Origin: Patescibacteria group bacterium
GTDB lineage: Bacteria; Patescibacteriota; WWE3; 0-14-0-20-40-13
Direction: 5' to 3'
Assembly (NCBI GenBank): GCA_018896215.1
Contig: JAHINB010000013.1
Span: 17,946 to 81,945, forward strand
Length of the DNA stretch: 64,000 bases
Positions 18,859 to 28,898 of the stretch are shown in pieces (the stretch's first letter is position 1; each line of letters starts with the position of its first letter). The position numbers and the translations under genes were made by a program. A model generated the notes under the pieces. The model searched no databases. It had not been told where the DNA came from and was given only the letters and a program-made list of their open reading frames with translations.

Positions 18859-19563
18859 TTATTTTCTCCCAGTTTTAAGTTTTCTTTCGGTTTCGCGGAT
18901 AGCGATTTTGGGCAATACTTCTCGATTTGTATTTATATATTCCACAACCTTTTCCCAATGATGCTTGATAAGACTTCTTAAAATCCACGAAACTGCCTTA
19001 GTAATTAAAATGTCTTTTTCCGATTTTAACTTTTCCAAATTCTCAAAAGCTAGTTTTGCCAGTCGTTCATCATTGCTTTCTCTAACTGACCTAGTAAGCA
19101 ACACCAAACTTGCTCTTCTTCTAGAAATATTTTTATCCCTCGCCATCTTTGTAATTGTCTTTTCCCAAACTGACCAGTCACCCAAAATATCCTCTGCTCC
19201 AAAAGTGCTTTGACACAAACTGTCCACCTCACACCATCCGCTAAGATTTGCAAGCCACTCAAAAACCCTTTTTGGAGTAAAGAGATCTTTAAATTCTTTT
19301 TTTCTGGAAATTAAAGTTGTACCAAATCTCCGTTCGTTGGAGGATTCCCCAACATTAAGAGCGTTCAATAACTCCAAAAATTCTTCTTTCGTGATGTTGG
19401 GATGCTTTTTTACAAATTCTTTAGCAATTTGCTTTTGAACCGCTGTTTTTAGGTGATAAAACTTATTATCGGTTCCGAGATACTTTGGCAAATCAAACTT
19501 TGACGACCCCCTATCCAACCTTTTAAATTCCTCGATGATTTCTTTTTGCAATTTGTTAATCAT
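18859..19563 (-). CDS. DNA alkylation repair protein (AlkD/AlkC-like HEAT-repeat)
   Basis: 234 aa with WCEVDSL, ISRRRASLVLL and KAVSWILRSL, as in the DNA_alkylation family. Confidence 0.5.
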   Translation of the reverse strand: MINKLQKEIIEEFKRLDRGSSKFDLPKYLGTDNKFYHLKTAVQKQIAKEFVKKHPNITKEEFLELLNALNVGESSNERRFGTTLISRKKEFKDLFTPKRVFEWLANLSGWCEVDSLCQSTFGAEDILGDWSVWEKTITKMARDKNISRRRASLVLLTRSVRESNDERLAKLAFENLEKLKSEKDILITKAVSWILRSLIKHHWEKVVEYINTNREVLPKIAIRETERKLKTGRK

Positions 19564-19652
19564 AATCTGTTAGTTTATGGGATTCTCTCCCCCACTTCAA
19601 ACTAACGAGGTAGGAGATAATAGAGTTACAAGGTTTTGGGAGATAGCAAATC

Positions 19653-20855
19653 CTATTTGATTAAACCACCCCAAAGATATTCTGTAAATCTCACTGACTT
19701 TTCCTTACCAATAATTCTACTTTTAGAAATCTCTAGGTTTCGAACTCTCCGCTTGAGAGTTTCGTTGTCTGCTTCGGTTGGTGTTTCTTTAACTTCAAAA
19801 GCTAAAGGTTTGTCTTTAAAGTCTAATATAAAATCCACCTCACCATCGCGATTGGAAAAGTAAGATAAATTTCCATAAAAAGATAATTGATGACATACGG
19901 TGTTTTCAAACTTACTTCCACTAGACAGATCCGCGTTTACATTAGCTATTCCCGTATCGACAAAATATGATTTCTGTAATAGTCTATTTTGTATGTCTGG
20001 GGAACGAGAGAAAGCAGAAACTGTGCGTATTAGATAGGTTTGCTTTAAAAATTCAATGTAATTATCGACGGTAATTCTACTTAAACCGGTAATGTTCGCT
20101 AGTTCACTCACATTTAATCTACTTCCAATTCGTGATGCCAATAATTTGATTACTTTTCTTAAATCATTAGTCGATTTAAAGTCAGATAAAGACTGCACAT
20201 CGAGATTAATATACGAGCTAAAAATTTCTTCCAGTAATTGTTTTTTTCGTTCTACATCTGCTGTTAAAACCACTTTTGGCAAACCTCCGTATTCAATATA
20301 CTGTTCGTAGTAATTTTGAAGCATTTTAAAAGTATCAGTTGGAAAATCCACATCAATTGAAAGTTTTTCGGGAAGTAGATATTCTACTCCCTGAAAATCC
20401 AGAAATTCCTGAAAACTTAAAGGAAACATTTCGTATATTATTTTTCGACCAGCCATAGATTCAGAGAACCTGTTTTTGATATAGAATGAGCTAGATCCTG
20501 TAAGAAAAAATTTAATTTGGTAATGATCATACAAATACTTAACTACACTGGGAAGATTTGGTAACAATTGAATTTCATCTAAAGCAATGTAAAGTTGCTC
20601 TTTGGTGGATAGTCCTCTAGTTTGAAACTCGTGGATCAAAGAATCATAGTTTGTCGCCTCGAATAATTCCCGATCAACAAGGTTTTCCAAATCAAAATAA
20701 TGTTTGTTTTTAGATGGAATATTGTCAAGTAGCCAATGGAGAGTTGTAGTTTTTCCTACCTGACGAGGACCTGTAATAACTACAATCTCTTGGGTAGCTA
20801 TCTCGGGCAACAATTTCTTCCAAATCTGTCTATTTTGCATACTATTACTATACAA
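19653..20855 (-). CDS. AAA+ ATPase (AAA_14 + DUF4143 architecture)
   Basis: Walker A ITGPRQVGKTT and Walker B-like LDEIQ. The C-terminal region matches the DUF4143-type layout. Confidence 0.6.
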   Translation of the reverse strand: MYSNSMQNRQIWKKLLPEIATQEIVVITGPRQVGKTTTLHWLLDNIPSKNKHYFDLENLVDRELFEATNYDSLIHEFQTRGLSTKEQLYIALDEIQLLPNLPSVVKYLYDHYQIKFFLTGSSSFYIKNRFSESMAGRKIIYEMFPLSFQEFLDFQGVEYLLPEKLSIDVDFPTDTFKMLQNYYEQYIEYGGLPKVVLTADVERKKQLLEEIFSSYINLDVQSLSDFKSTNDLRKVIKLLASRIGSRLNVSELANITGLSRITVDNYIEFLKQTYLIRTVSAFSRSPDIQNRLLQKSYFVDTGIANVNADLSSGSKFENTVCHQLSFYGNLSYFSNRDGEVDFILDFKDKPLAFEVKETPTEADNETLKRRVRNLEISKSRIIGKEKSVRFTEYLWGGLIK

Positions 20856-20998
20856 TAACCGCCTTTAATTGTAAAGTGGTTAGTCAAATTCGTAGAATAA
20901 GCCTGGGGCATAAAGTTTTGGAAAACATTAGACTCTCTTAGATAAGTAGCTAAGTCTCAGTGGTTCTCTAAAACTACACTCTCTCAATAAAAAATTAT

Positions 20999-21199
20999 CT
21001 AAGATTTAGAAGAATAGGCTAACATCAATACCCCATAGACAAAACAAATAGATCCAACGAAATAAAACATAGATTCTTTGCTTAAATAGCCAACCAGCAA
21101 AGAAATCACACCAAGACTAGCTATAAAATATGCGATTAATTTATAATTTCTTTTCATTAATATTTTTTGTTTTGGCGTAAGACCTTTTTGATCCTTCAT
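20999..21199 (-). CDS. small two-TM membrane protein, hypothetical
   Basis: 66 aa with two hydrophobic helices. Confidence 0.3.
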   Translation of the reverse strand: MKDQKGLTPKQKILMKRNYKLIAYFIASLGVISLLVGYLSKESMFYFVGSICFVYGVLMLAYSSKS

Positions 21200-21240
21200 A
21201 TCTTTTATACTAGCATATACAAATTACACGCACAATAACA

Positions 21241-21315
21241 TGGTGACCTCACGGGGGATCGAACCCCGATTGACGACTTGAGAAGCCGCCGTCCTAACCA
21301 TTAGACGATGAGGCC
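21241..21315 (-). tRNA. tRNA-Glu (anticodon CTC)
   Basis: Acceptor GGCCTCA/TGAGGTC (one G-U pair), D-arm GTCT-AATGGTTA-GGAC, anticodon stem GCGGC/GTCGT with loop TTCTCAA, T-arm CGGGG-TTCGATC-CCCCG, then A-CCA encoded. Confidence 0.65.
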
Positions 21316-21644
21316 ATAATTAAATTTCTAATTTCTAATTTCTAATTTATCTCGCTTCGCGAGACATACTTCGCATGTTAAACAAGCACCAAGTATCAAT
21401 TCCCAATTTGGTTCGCCGATTGGCGAATTGGTTATTGGGATTTATCTAGGTTAATTAGATAATTAGATCAATTAGAAATTCCAATCTTTGCCCATTCTAC
21501 AACATATTAAACAACTTGACGAGGGGGTTAGGGTATGCTAAATTAATTGAGCATTTTCATTGCATTATTGGTTATCCCAGATTCTATTTAAACACTGTGT
21601 ATCATCCAAAAACTGATGGTTGTGGTGTTTGTAGTAGTTACAAC

Positions 21645-22103
21645 ATGGACAAGGTTATCTTAACCCAAGAAGGGTTGGAAAGGCTTAAAAAAGAATACGA
21701 AGGCTTGGTAAATACAAAGCGTCAAGAAATTGTAGATCGCATTGCTAAAGCCCGCGCTGAAGGAGATCTCTCCGAAAACGGCGCCTATCATGCCGCCAAG
21801 GAAGAGCAGGCTTTTATCGAGGGAAGAATTGAGGAATTAGACGAAATCTTAAAAAATGCTCTAGTTGAGGTATCTTCTAAAAACGACGGGTTAATTCGTG
21901 TTGGGTGCTTAGTAAAAGTTAAAATAGAAGGTTCCGAGGAAGAATTTAACATTGTAGGAGCTCCCGAAGCCAATCCTTCGGAACGCAAAATTTCTCACGA
22001 ATCGCCTTTGGGAAGCGCCTTAATAGGAAAAAAGGTTGGGGATGTCGTAGAAGTAGAGGCGCCGGTGGGCAAAATAACCTACGAGATTCTCTCGGTAAGC
22101 TAA
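21645..22103 (+). CDS. greA: transcription elongation factor GreA
   Basis: ILTQEGLERLKKEYEGL...AKARAEGDLSENGAYHAAKEEQAFIEGRIEEL is the GreA coiled-coil with the acidic tip, followed by an FKBP-like C-terminal domain. Start placed at the internal ATG (MDKVIL). Confidence 0.8.
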   Translation: MDKVILTQEGLERLKKEYEGLVNTKRQEIVDRIAKARAEGDLSENGAYHAAKEEQAFIEGRIEELDEILKNALVEVSSKNDGLIRVGCLVKVKIEGSEEEFNIVGAPEANPSERKISHESPLGSALIGKKVGDVVEVEAPVGKITYEILSVS

Positions 22104-22121
22104 CTGTGCTATTATTCCATC

Positions 22122-23576
22122 ATGGAAGAATCTCTTAAAAGCATAAAAGCGAGCAGAGTAGAAAGACTTAATCAGCTCATAAAAATTGGTATTAACCCAT
22201 ATCCTTCAAAACTCGAATTTAAAAGAATCCCTATAGTAGAGGCTAGAGATAAAGGCGAAAATTCCACTGTTTCCGTTGCTGGAAGAATTACTTCACAAAG
22301 AAATTTTGGGGCGCTGGCGTTCTTTGATGTTACTGACGCTACAGGAAAAATCCAAATTATCCTTAAAAAAGACACTCTTGACACCAAAAAACTCCCTCTT
22401 TTGGAGCTTTTAGATACTGGGGATTTTATAGAATGTACTGGCTCTATTTTTACCACCAAATCTGGGGAGTTGACCATCCAGGTTAGCAACTTAAACCTGC
22501 TTTCTAAAGCTCTAAGACCACTGCCTTCTGCTCATTTTGGGCTGAAAGACGAAGAAGAAAGATACCGCCAAAGGTATGTGGATTTTGCGATAAATCCAGA
22601 ACTTAAAGAGCTGTTTGTTAAAAAAAGTATCTTTTGGAACACAATGAGAGCGTTCTTGTCTTCTCGTGGATTTTTAGAGGTTGAAACTCCAGTTTTGGAA
22701 AACACCGCTGGGGGCGCCGATGCCGAACCTTTTGTGACTCACCATAATGCCTTGGATGTGGACTTATATTTACGAATCTCTATGGGAGAACTTTGGCAAA
22801 AACGGCTTATGGTAGGTGGTTTTGAGAAAACCTTTGAAATCGGAAGACAATTTAGAAACGAAGGCATCAGCCGAGAACACCTGCAAGACTACACCCAAAT
22901 GGAGTTTTACTGGGCGTACGCCAACTACAAAGATGGCATGAAATTGGTCGAAGAGATGTACAAGGAGGTAGCAAAAAAAACCTTTGGGACGCTTAAATTT
23001 AAAATTAATGAGATGGAGATAGATTTGGAAAAACCGTGGAAAGAGATTAACTACACTACAATTATCCAAGAAAAATTTGGAGTTAACGCCCAAACTGCCA
23101 GTCGCGAAGATGTTCTTGCTAAGGTCAATTCCCTCAAACTCCTCAATCTCCCCAAGGCTCGTCTTTTGGACTTACTCTGGAAACAGGCCCGCAAAGAAAT
23201 TGTCGGTCCTGCTTTTTTAGTCGGACATCCGGTGGAGGTTTCTCCTTTAGCTAAACGCGATGATGCAAACCCAAAAACAGTTGAAAGATATCAAGTAATC
23301 ATCGCAGGAAGCGAAATGGGTAACGGCTACAGCGAGCTTAACGATCCGCAAGATCAAGAACAACGGTTTAAAGAGCAACAAAAAGCCCGCGATGCCGGAG
23401 ATGCCGAAGCCCAAATGTACGATGGCGACTTTGTCAGGGCGCTGGAGTATGGCATGCCACCCGTAACAGGTCTTGGAGTTTCGGAAAGGCTGTTTGCCTT
23501 TTTAGCCAACAAAACCGTAAGAGAGTGCGTTATGTTCCCTCTCCAAAGACCGGAGAAAGGTCTAAAGGAAAGTTAA
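22122..23576 (+). CDS. lysS: lysyl-tRNA synthetase (class II)
   Basis: N-terminal OB fold, then class-II motifs FLEVETPVL, FEIGRQFRNEG, GGADAEPF and the C-terminal GLGVSERL. Confidence 0.9.
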   Translation: MEESLKSIKASRVERLNQLIKIGINPYPSKLEFKRIPIVEARDKGENSTVSVAGRITSQRNFGALAFFDVTDATGKIQIILKKDTLDTKKLPLLELLDTGDFIECTGSIFTTKSGELTIQVSNLNLLSKALRPLPSAHFGLKDEEERYRQRYVDFAINPELKELFVKKSIFWNTMRAFLSSRGFLEVETPVLENTAGGADAEPFVTHHNALDVDLYLRISMGELWQKRLMVGGFEKTFEIGRQFRNEGISREHLQDYTQMEFYWAYANYKDGMKLVEEMYKEVAKKTFGTLKFKINEMEIDLEKPWKEINYTTIIQEKFGVNAQTASREDVLAKVNSLKLLNLPKARLLDLLWKQARKEIVGPAFLVGHPVEVSPLAKRDDANPKTVERYQVIIAGSEMGNGYSELNDPQDQEQRFKEQQKARDAGDAEAQMYDGDFVRALEYGMPPVTGLGVSERLFAFLANKTVRECVMFPLQRPEKGLKES

Positions 23577-23592
23577 AGTTAGATCTAAATCT

Positions 23593-24837
23593 ATGCTAGA
23601 CATAAATTTTATTAAACAAAATAAAGAGGCTGTTACCAAAAACTGCTTGAGGCGTGGATCTAAAGTTGATATTGACAAAATTTTAGAGCTCTCTAATGCC
23701 AAAAACACAAAGATAACTCAAAACGAAGCTCTAAAACACCAAATAAACTCTCTTTCCAAATCCAAACCAGAACCAAAGCAAATGGTTAAATTAAAGGAGT
23801 TAAAAGAACAAACAAAGACACTCCAAGAAGAAATAAACAAACTTGAGAAGGAACTTTTCTCTCTTTTAAGCTGGGTTCCCAATATGCTTTCCCCCGATGT
23901 TCCCGACGGCCAAAGTGATGCGGATAATGTAGAAATAAAAAAGTGGGGCGAGATTAAGGAATTCAATTTTACGCCCAAAGGTCACCAAGAATTGGGAGAA
24001 AATTTGGACATTTTAGACAAAGAAAGAGGCGCCAAGGTTGTCGAGTCAAAATATTACTTTTGGAAAGGTGACGGAGCACGGCTTGTTTGGGCGCTTTTTA
24101 GCTGGGCACAAAATTTTTTGCAGGAGAGGGGTTTTACTTTCTTTTTAACCCCAGATTTAGCGCAAGAAAAAACCCTTTTTGGAACTGGGTACTTGCCTTT
24201 TTTCTCGGAGGATATATACAAAATCGAGAGGTCCAACCTTTCTCTAATAGGAACCTCGGAACAAGTTTTAGTCGCCTATCACGCTGATGAGATATTAGAA
24301 GAAAAAAATCTTCCTCTTTTGTATTCTGGTTTCTCACCTTGTTTTAGAACCGAAGCCGGAAGCTACGGCAAAGATACCAAAGGGGTTTTTCGCGTTCATC
24401 AGTTTAACAAATTAGAGCAAATTGTTTTTTGCCAGCCTGAAGAATCGCAAAAAATGCACGAATTATGCCAAAAAAACGAAGAGGACATGGCAGAGGCTCT
24501 TAGAATTCCCCATCACAGAGTACTGGTTTGTGTTGGAGACTGCGGAGCTCCGGGATATAAAAAATACGACTTGGAGGCTTGGTTTCCCAGCCAAAACAAA
24601 TACAAAGAAATCACCTCCAACACCAATTTGACTGATTTTCAAACCCGAAGACTTGGAATTAGATACAAAACCAAAGACGGCAATAAAGTATTTCCTCACA
24701 CCATCTCCGCGACAGCAGTCACCGATCGCTGGGTTTTGACGATTTTGGAAAATTACCAACAAGCGGATGGGTCAGTTGTTGTACCAGAAGTATTAAGACC
24801 CTACATGGGCGGGTTGGAAATAATTAAAAAGAGATAA
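23593..24837 (+). CDS. serS: seryl-tRNA synthetase
   Basis: N-terminal coiled coil, then the class-II core (FRTEAGSYGKDTKGVFRVHQFNKLEQ). Confidence 0.9.
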   Translation: MLDINFIKQNKEAVTKNCLRRGSKVDIDKILELSNAKNTKITQNEALKHQINSLSKSKPEPKQMVKLKELKEQTKTLQEEINKLEKELFSLLSWVPNMLSPDVPDGQSDADNVEIKKWGEIKEFNFTPKGHQELGENLDILDKERGAKVVESKYYFWKGDGARLVWALFSWAQNFLQERGFTFFLTPDLAQEKTLFGTGYLPFFSEDIYKIERSNLSLIGTSEQVLVAYHADEILEEKNLPLLYSGFSPCFRTEAGSYGKDTKGVFRVHQFNKLEQIVFCQPEESQKMHELCQKNEEDMAEALRIPHHRVLVCVGDCGAPGYKKYDLEAWFPSQNKYKEITSNTNLTDFQTRRLGIRYKTKDGNKVFPHTISATAVTDRWVLTILENYQQADGSVVVPEVLRPYMGGLEIIKKR

Positions 24838-25523
24838 TGGCTATTTTTTCCCCATGGAAAACAATTTATACCACTGTTTCCCCTGTTTCTGGAGACATTA
24901 GAGTTGAGCAAAAAGACAATTACACCAGACTTGTTGTGACAGGCTATGTTCAATCCGTAAGCCTAAACTACCCTAATATCGAAAGCACTGTCTGGGGGAA
25001 TATTGTAACTTGTGCCAGAACAATTGTACCCAACGCCAAAACAGCTTTGATCTTGGGTATTGCCGGTGGCACAGTTCCTGCTTTACTTAAGCAAACCAAC
25101 CCCGCTCTTGAGATTACCGGTGTTGATTACGACGAGATTGTTACTAGCACCGGTTCCAAGTTCCTGCATTTTCCTAATCCCTCTCATCCCCCTAATTCCC
25201 CTTATCCCCCAAAGGTAGTGGTTATGGACGCCTACGAGTTTGTGCTTAAAACAACCAACTCGTACGATTTAGTGGTAGTGGATTTATACACTGGTGGTTC
25301 TTACGACCTCCGCTTTGCCAGTGACCAATTTTTAGGAGCGCTACCAAAACTTGTAGAGCTAAATGGTGCTGTTATAATAAACAGAATCTTTACAGGAAAC
25401 ATTGCTAACCAAACCAGCGAATTTTCTAACAACCTTAAAAAGTATTTTAAACAAGTTACCTGCAAAAGAGTCCGGACTAAATTTTACGAGACTAGTTTCA
25501 ATTTTCTCTTTATATGTCAATAG
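24837..25523 (+). CDS. class-I SAM-dependent methyltransferase / spermidine-synthase-like protein
   Basis: Gly-rich ILGIAGGTV and acidic VVVDLY motifs. Carries a Pro-rich insertion PNPSHPPNSPYPP. Confidence 0.4.
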   Translation: MAIFSPWKTIYTTVSPVSGDIRVEQKDNYTRLVVTGYVQSVSLNYPNIESTVWGNIVTCARTIVPNAKTALILGIAGGTVPALLKQTNPALEITGVDYDEIVTSTGSKFLHFPNPSHPPNSPYPPKVVVMDAYEFVLKTTNSYDLVVVDLYTGGSYDLRFASDQFLGALPKLVELNGAVIINRIFTGNIANQTSEFSNNLKKYFKQVTCKRVRTKFYETSFNFLFICQ

Positions 25524-26299
25524 TAACAGCCATTATACTTGGGATAATTCAAGGAACAACCGAATTTTTACCGGTTTCTTCCTCGGGTCATTTAATCGTT
25601 ATCCCAAAACTCTTAAATATAGATTCTGGAGGATTTTCTTTTGATGCTTTTTTACATTTGGCAACTGGGTTAGCTATAGTTAGCTATTTTTTTCCCGACT
25701 ACAAAAAACTCTTGACAAAAGCATTAGCAAAAGACAAATCAGCGCAAAAACAAGTAACCTATCTGATTATTGGATGTATTCCTGCTGGAATTATTGGGCT
25801 TATTTTTGGAGATTTCATAGAAAACAAAATGCGCGGAGAATTTGTAGTCGCTGGAGCGTTATTTATTGTGGCTCTTGCAATTATTCTAGTCGAAAAATAT
25901 CTAAAAAATCAAAAACGAGAGGTGGTAACAAAAAAGGATGGGGTAATTGTTGGACTATCTCAAGTATTAGCACTTATTCCAGGAGTTTCCCGATCGGGAA
26001 TTACCATAATTTCTGGCATGGCGGGTGGATTAACGCGCGAAGCATCCGCTAAATTTTCTTTTATGCTGGCAACACCAATAGTTCTACTGGTCGGAGCATA
26101 CTCTTTTTATCAAGCGCTACCTTACCTTGATTACAATCAATTATTAAGTTACGCCGTCGGATTTATCACTGCATTTTTTGCCGGAATTTTTTCGATTGAA
26201 TTTTTGCTTTCTTATGTAAAAACCAAGTCTCTGATGCCATTTGCTATTTATAGAATTGCTCTAGCCTCTATAGTAATTGTTACAGCAATATTTTTATGA
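25514..26299 (+). CDS. uppP: undecaprenyl-diphosphatase
   Basis: BacA/UppP signature GIIQGTTEFLPVSSSGHL, followed by multiple TM helices. Confidence 0.85.
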   Translation: MSIVTAIILGIIQGTTEFLPVSSSGHLIVIPKLLNIDSGGFSFDAFLHLATGLAIVSYFFPDYKKLLTKALAKDKSAQKQVTYLIIGCIPAGIIGLIFGDFIENKMRGEFVVAGALFIVALAIILVEKYLKNQKREVVTKKDGVIVGLSQVLALIPGVSRSGITIISGMAGGLTREASAKFSFMLATPIVLLVGAYSFYQALPYLDYNQLLSYAVGFITAFFAGIFSIEFLLSYVKTKSLMPFAIYRIALASIVIVTAIFL

Positions 26300-28860
26300 G
26301 CATCTTAAAATCGCTTTTTGATCTAAACAAAAAGAAAATTCAAAAACTTTACCCTTTGGTTCGTGAAATAAACCAGCAATGGGAAAATGTTAAAGATTGG
26401 AAAAATGAAGATTTTGCAAACCAGACAAGCAAGTTCCAAGACGACTTATTCAAGATTAAGGATTTAGCCCAAAAAGAAAAGTATCTCGAAAGCATTCTGC
26501 CTTTAGCTTTTGCTATGGTCAAGGAAGCAACTAAAAGAACCCAGGATAAAATTTTGCATGACGAGCAGTTGCTGGCGGGAATTGTCTTAAATAGCAAAGC
26601 TATAGCCGAACAAAAAACTGGTGAGGGAAAAACCAACACAGCAGTTCTAGCTTTGTATTTAAACTCACTTACAAAATTAGGCTGTCATTTGGTTACCCCA
26701 AACGACTATCTTTCCCGTCACGGCGCCGGATGGATGGGACCAATTTACAACCTGCTGGGCGTTTCGGTTTCGGTAATTATTCACGAAGCGTCTTATATCT
26801 ATGACCCAAGCTTTGAGAACGAAAAATTCTTAGACGAATACGCCAAAAACTTAAAACCTGTATCGCGAAAAGAGGCCTACGCCTGCAACATAACTTATGG
26901 AACCAACAACGAATTTGGTTTTGACTATTTGCGGGACAATATGGCAAATACATTATTAGGAATTGTACAAACTAATCCCCAAGGTGACGAAGGGTACCAC
27001 AATTTTGCCGTGGTGGATGAGGTTGACTCTTTGTTGATTGATGAAGCCAGAACTCCTCTTATTATCTCCGCCCCCGCCGAGGATTTAGCCTCCCGTTATA
27101 AGGAATTCTCTCAAATTGCCAACAAACTTGTCATTAAAACCGACTGCGAAATAGATGAAAAATTTAAAACTGCCACGCTTACCGATCTGGGAATTAGAAA
27201 AGTAGAAAGGTTTTTGGGTGTAGATAACTTGTACGAAAAGGATTTTGAAAGTATCCATCTAATCGAAAACGCCATTAGAGCAAACCATCTATATTTAAAA
27301 GACCGGGATTATGTAGTTCGCGAAGGCGAAATAATCATTGTAGATGAATTTACAGGAAGACTTATGCCGGGACGCCGATGGAGCGAGGGCTTGCACCAAG
27401 CAATTGAGGCAAAAGAAAGCGTTTCAATTCAAAAGGAGTCTAGAACGCTAGCTACTATTTCGTTTCAAAACTATTTTAGAATGTACCACAAGTTGGCTGG
27501 AATGACAGGAACCGCCGAAACCGAAGCCGAGGAATTTTACAAAATTTACGGGTTGGATGTTGTTGTTGTCCCCACTAATCTCCCAATTAAACGAGAGGAT
27601 TATCCCGACTTTGTTTATAAAACTAAAACCGCCAAATACCACGCTGTGGTGGCAGAAATTGAGGAGGCGACAAACCGTGGCCAACCAGTTTTGGTAGGTA
27701 CCACTTCCATCGAAAATAACGAGCTTTTATCTCGTTTGCTTTCTCATAAAGGGATAAAACACGAGGTGTTAAATGCCAAACAACACGAAAAAGAGGCCCA
27801 GATTATCTCTCAGGCGGGAAGAATTGGGGCGGTAACTCTTGCCACCAACATGGCAGGTCGTGGGGTGGACATTAAGCTTGGCGGAGATCCAACAACGACA
27901 GAGGAAAAACAGCAAGTCGAGACTCTTGGTGGACTCTTTGTAATTGGAACCGAACGACATGAAGCAAGACGGATTGACAACCAGCTCCGTGGGCGGGCGG
28001 GCAGGCAAGGAGAGTCGGGAGCTTCGCGATTTTTTGTTTCCTTGCAGGATGATTTAATGAGAATTTTTGGCGGGGCGCAAATTGAAGGTCTGATGACCCG
28101 TTTTAAAATGGACGAAAACACTCCGCTGGAATCGGGGATTGTTTCCAAAGCCATCGAAAACTCACAAAAAAAGGTCGAGGGTTTTAATTTTGACGCCCGA
28201 AAACGAGTTGTAGAATACGATGATGTGATGAATGTGCAAAGGAGTGCCATATACAAAATTCGCAAAAAGGTTCTCCTCCTAGAAAAATCCCTAACATCTC
28301 CAACAACCACTCTAGAGGAATTTGCTAACTGGTACACCAATAAAATTACCCCTTACTATGCAGAATTTACAACCATTTGGAGTAAGTACCAAAAACAATT
28401 CGGTCCGATGTGGCTAGAGGTGGTAAAACAAGAAACCTTGCGGGTAATTGATTTTTTGTGGATGGAACACTTGGATGGCATGGATGACCTGCGAGAAGGA
28501 ATTGGACTGCGCGGTTATGCTCAAATTGACCCTATTGTGGCATACAAAAAAGAGGGTCGGGAGATGTTCGAAAAGCTTTTGGCTAATATTTGGGGTACCC
28601 TGGGCGAGCGCTTTTCCAAAATTAATATCACATCAGAAGTCTCCCCCTCACCACAATCTACCCAATCCCCCCTATCTTCTCAAAGTTTAGTTTATCAACA
28701 CGCCTCTCCAGAACTCGGCGTTGCCGACGAAGCGCGCGAAATAGCCCAAGCTCAATCCCAAAAACCCAAAGACGAGGAAGGTCAAAAAATTGGGCGCAAT
28801 GACTTATGCCCCTGTGGAAGTGGCAAAAAATACAAACGCTGTCACGGCAAGCAGAAATAG
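26296..28860 (+). CDS. secA: preprotein translocase ATPase SecA
   Basis: 854 aa with DEAD-like motor motifs and the C-terminal zinc finger CPCGSGKKYKRCHG. Confidence 0.95.
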   Translation: MSILKSLFDLNKKKIQKLYPLVREINQQWENVKDWKNEDFANQTSKFQDDLFKIKDLAQKEKYLESILPLAFAMVKEATKRTQDKILHDEQLLAGIVLNSKAIAEQKTGEGKTNTAVLALYLNSLTKLGCHLVTPNDYLSRHGAGWMGPIYNLLGVSVSVIIHEASYIYDPSFENEKFLDEYAKNLKPVSRKEAYACNITYGTNNEFGFDYLRDNMANTLLGIVQTNPQGDEGYHNFAVVDEVDSLLIDEARTPLIISAPAEDLASRYKEFSQIANKLVIKTDCEIDEKFKTATLTDLGIRKVERFLGVDNLYEKDFESIHLIENAIRANHLYLKDRDYVVREGEIIIVDEFTGRLMPGRRWSEGLHQAIEAKESVSIQKESRTLATISFQNYFRMYHKLAGMTGTAETEAEEFYKIYGLDVVVVPTNLPIKREDYPDFVYKTKTAKYHAVVAEIEEATNRGQPVLVGTTSIENNELLSRLLSHKGIKHEVLNAKQHEKEAQIISQAGRIGAVTLATNMAGRGVDIKLGGDPTTTEEKQQVETLGGLFVIGTERHEARRIDNQLRGRAGRQGESGASRFFVSLQDDLMRIFGGAQIEGLMTRFKMDENTPLESGIVSKAIENSQKKVEGFNFDARKRVVEYDDVMNVQRSAIYKIRKKVLLLEKSLTSPTTTLEEFANWYTNKITPYYAEFTTIWSKYQKQFGPMWLEVVKQETLRVIDFLWMEHLDGMDDLREGIGLRGYAQIDPIVAYKKEGREMFEKLLANIWGTLGERFSKINITSEVSPSPQSTQSPLSSQSLVYQHASPELGVADEAREIAQAQSQKPKDEEGQKIGRNDLCPCGSGKKYKRCHGKQK

Positions 28861-28887
28861 GGATTATCCCAAATTTGGGATAATCCC
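28860..28887. terminator. perfect 28-nt palindrome between convergent secA and L,D-transpeptidase genes (bidirectional terminator candidate)
   Basis: GGGATTATCCCAAA|TTTGGGATAATCCC. Confidence 0.45.
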
Positions 28888-28898
28888 TAATCTTGTCT

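Noticed and set aside
21516-21644. N-terminal 43-aa extension of greA from a TTG start
   Set aside because: The extension (MTRGLGYAKLIEHFHCIIGYPRFY...) does not resemble GreA. Canonical GreA begins at the internal MDKVILTQEG.
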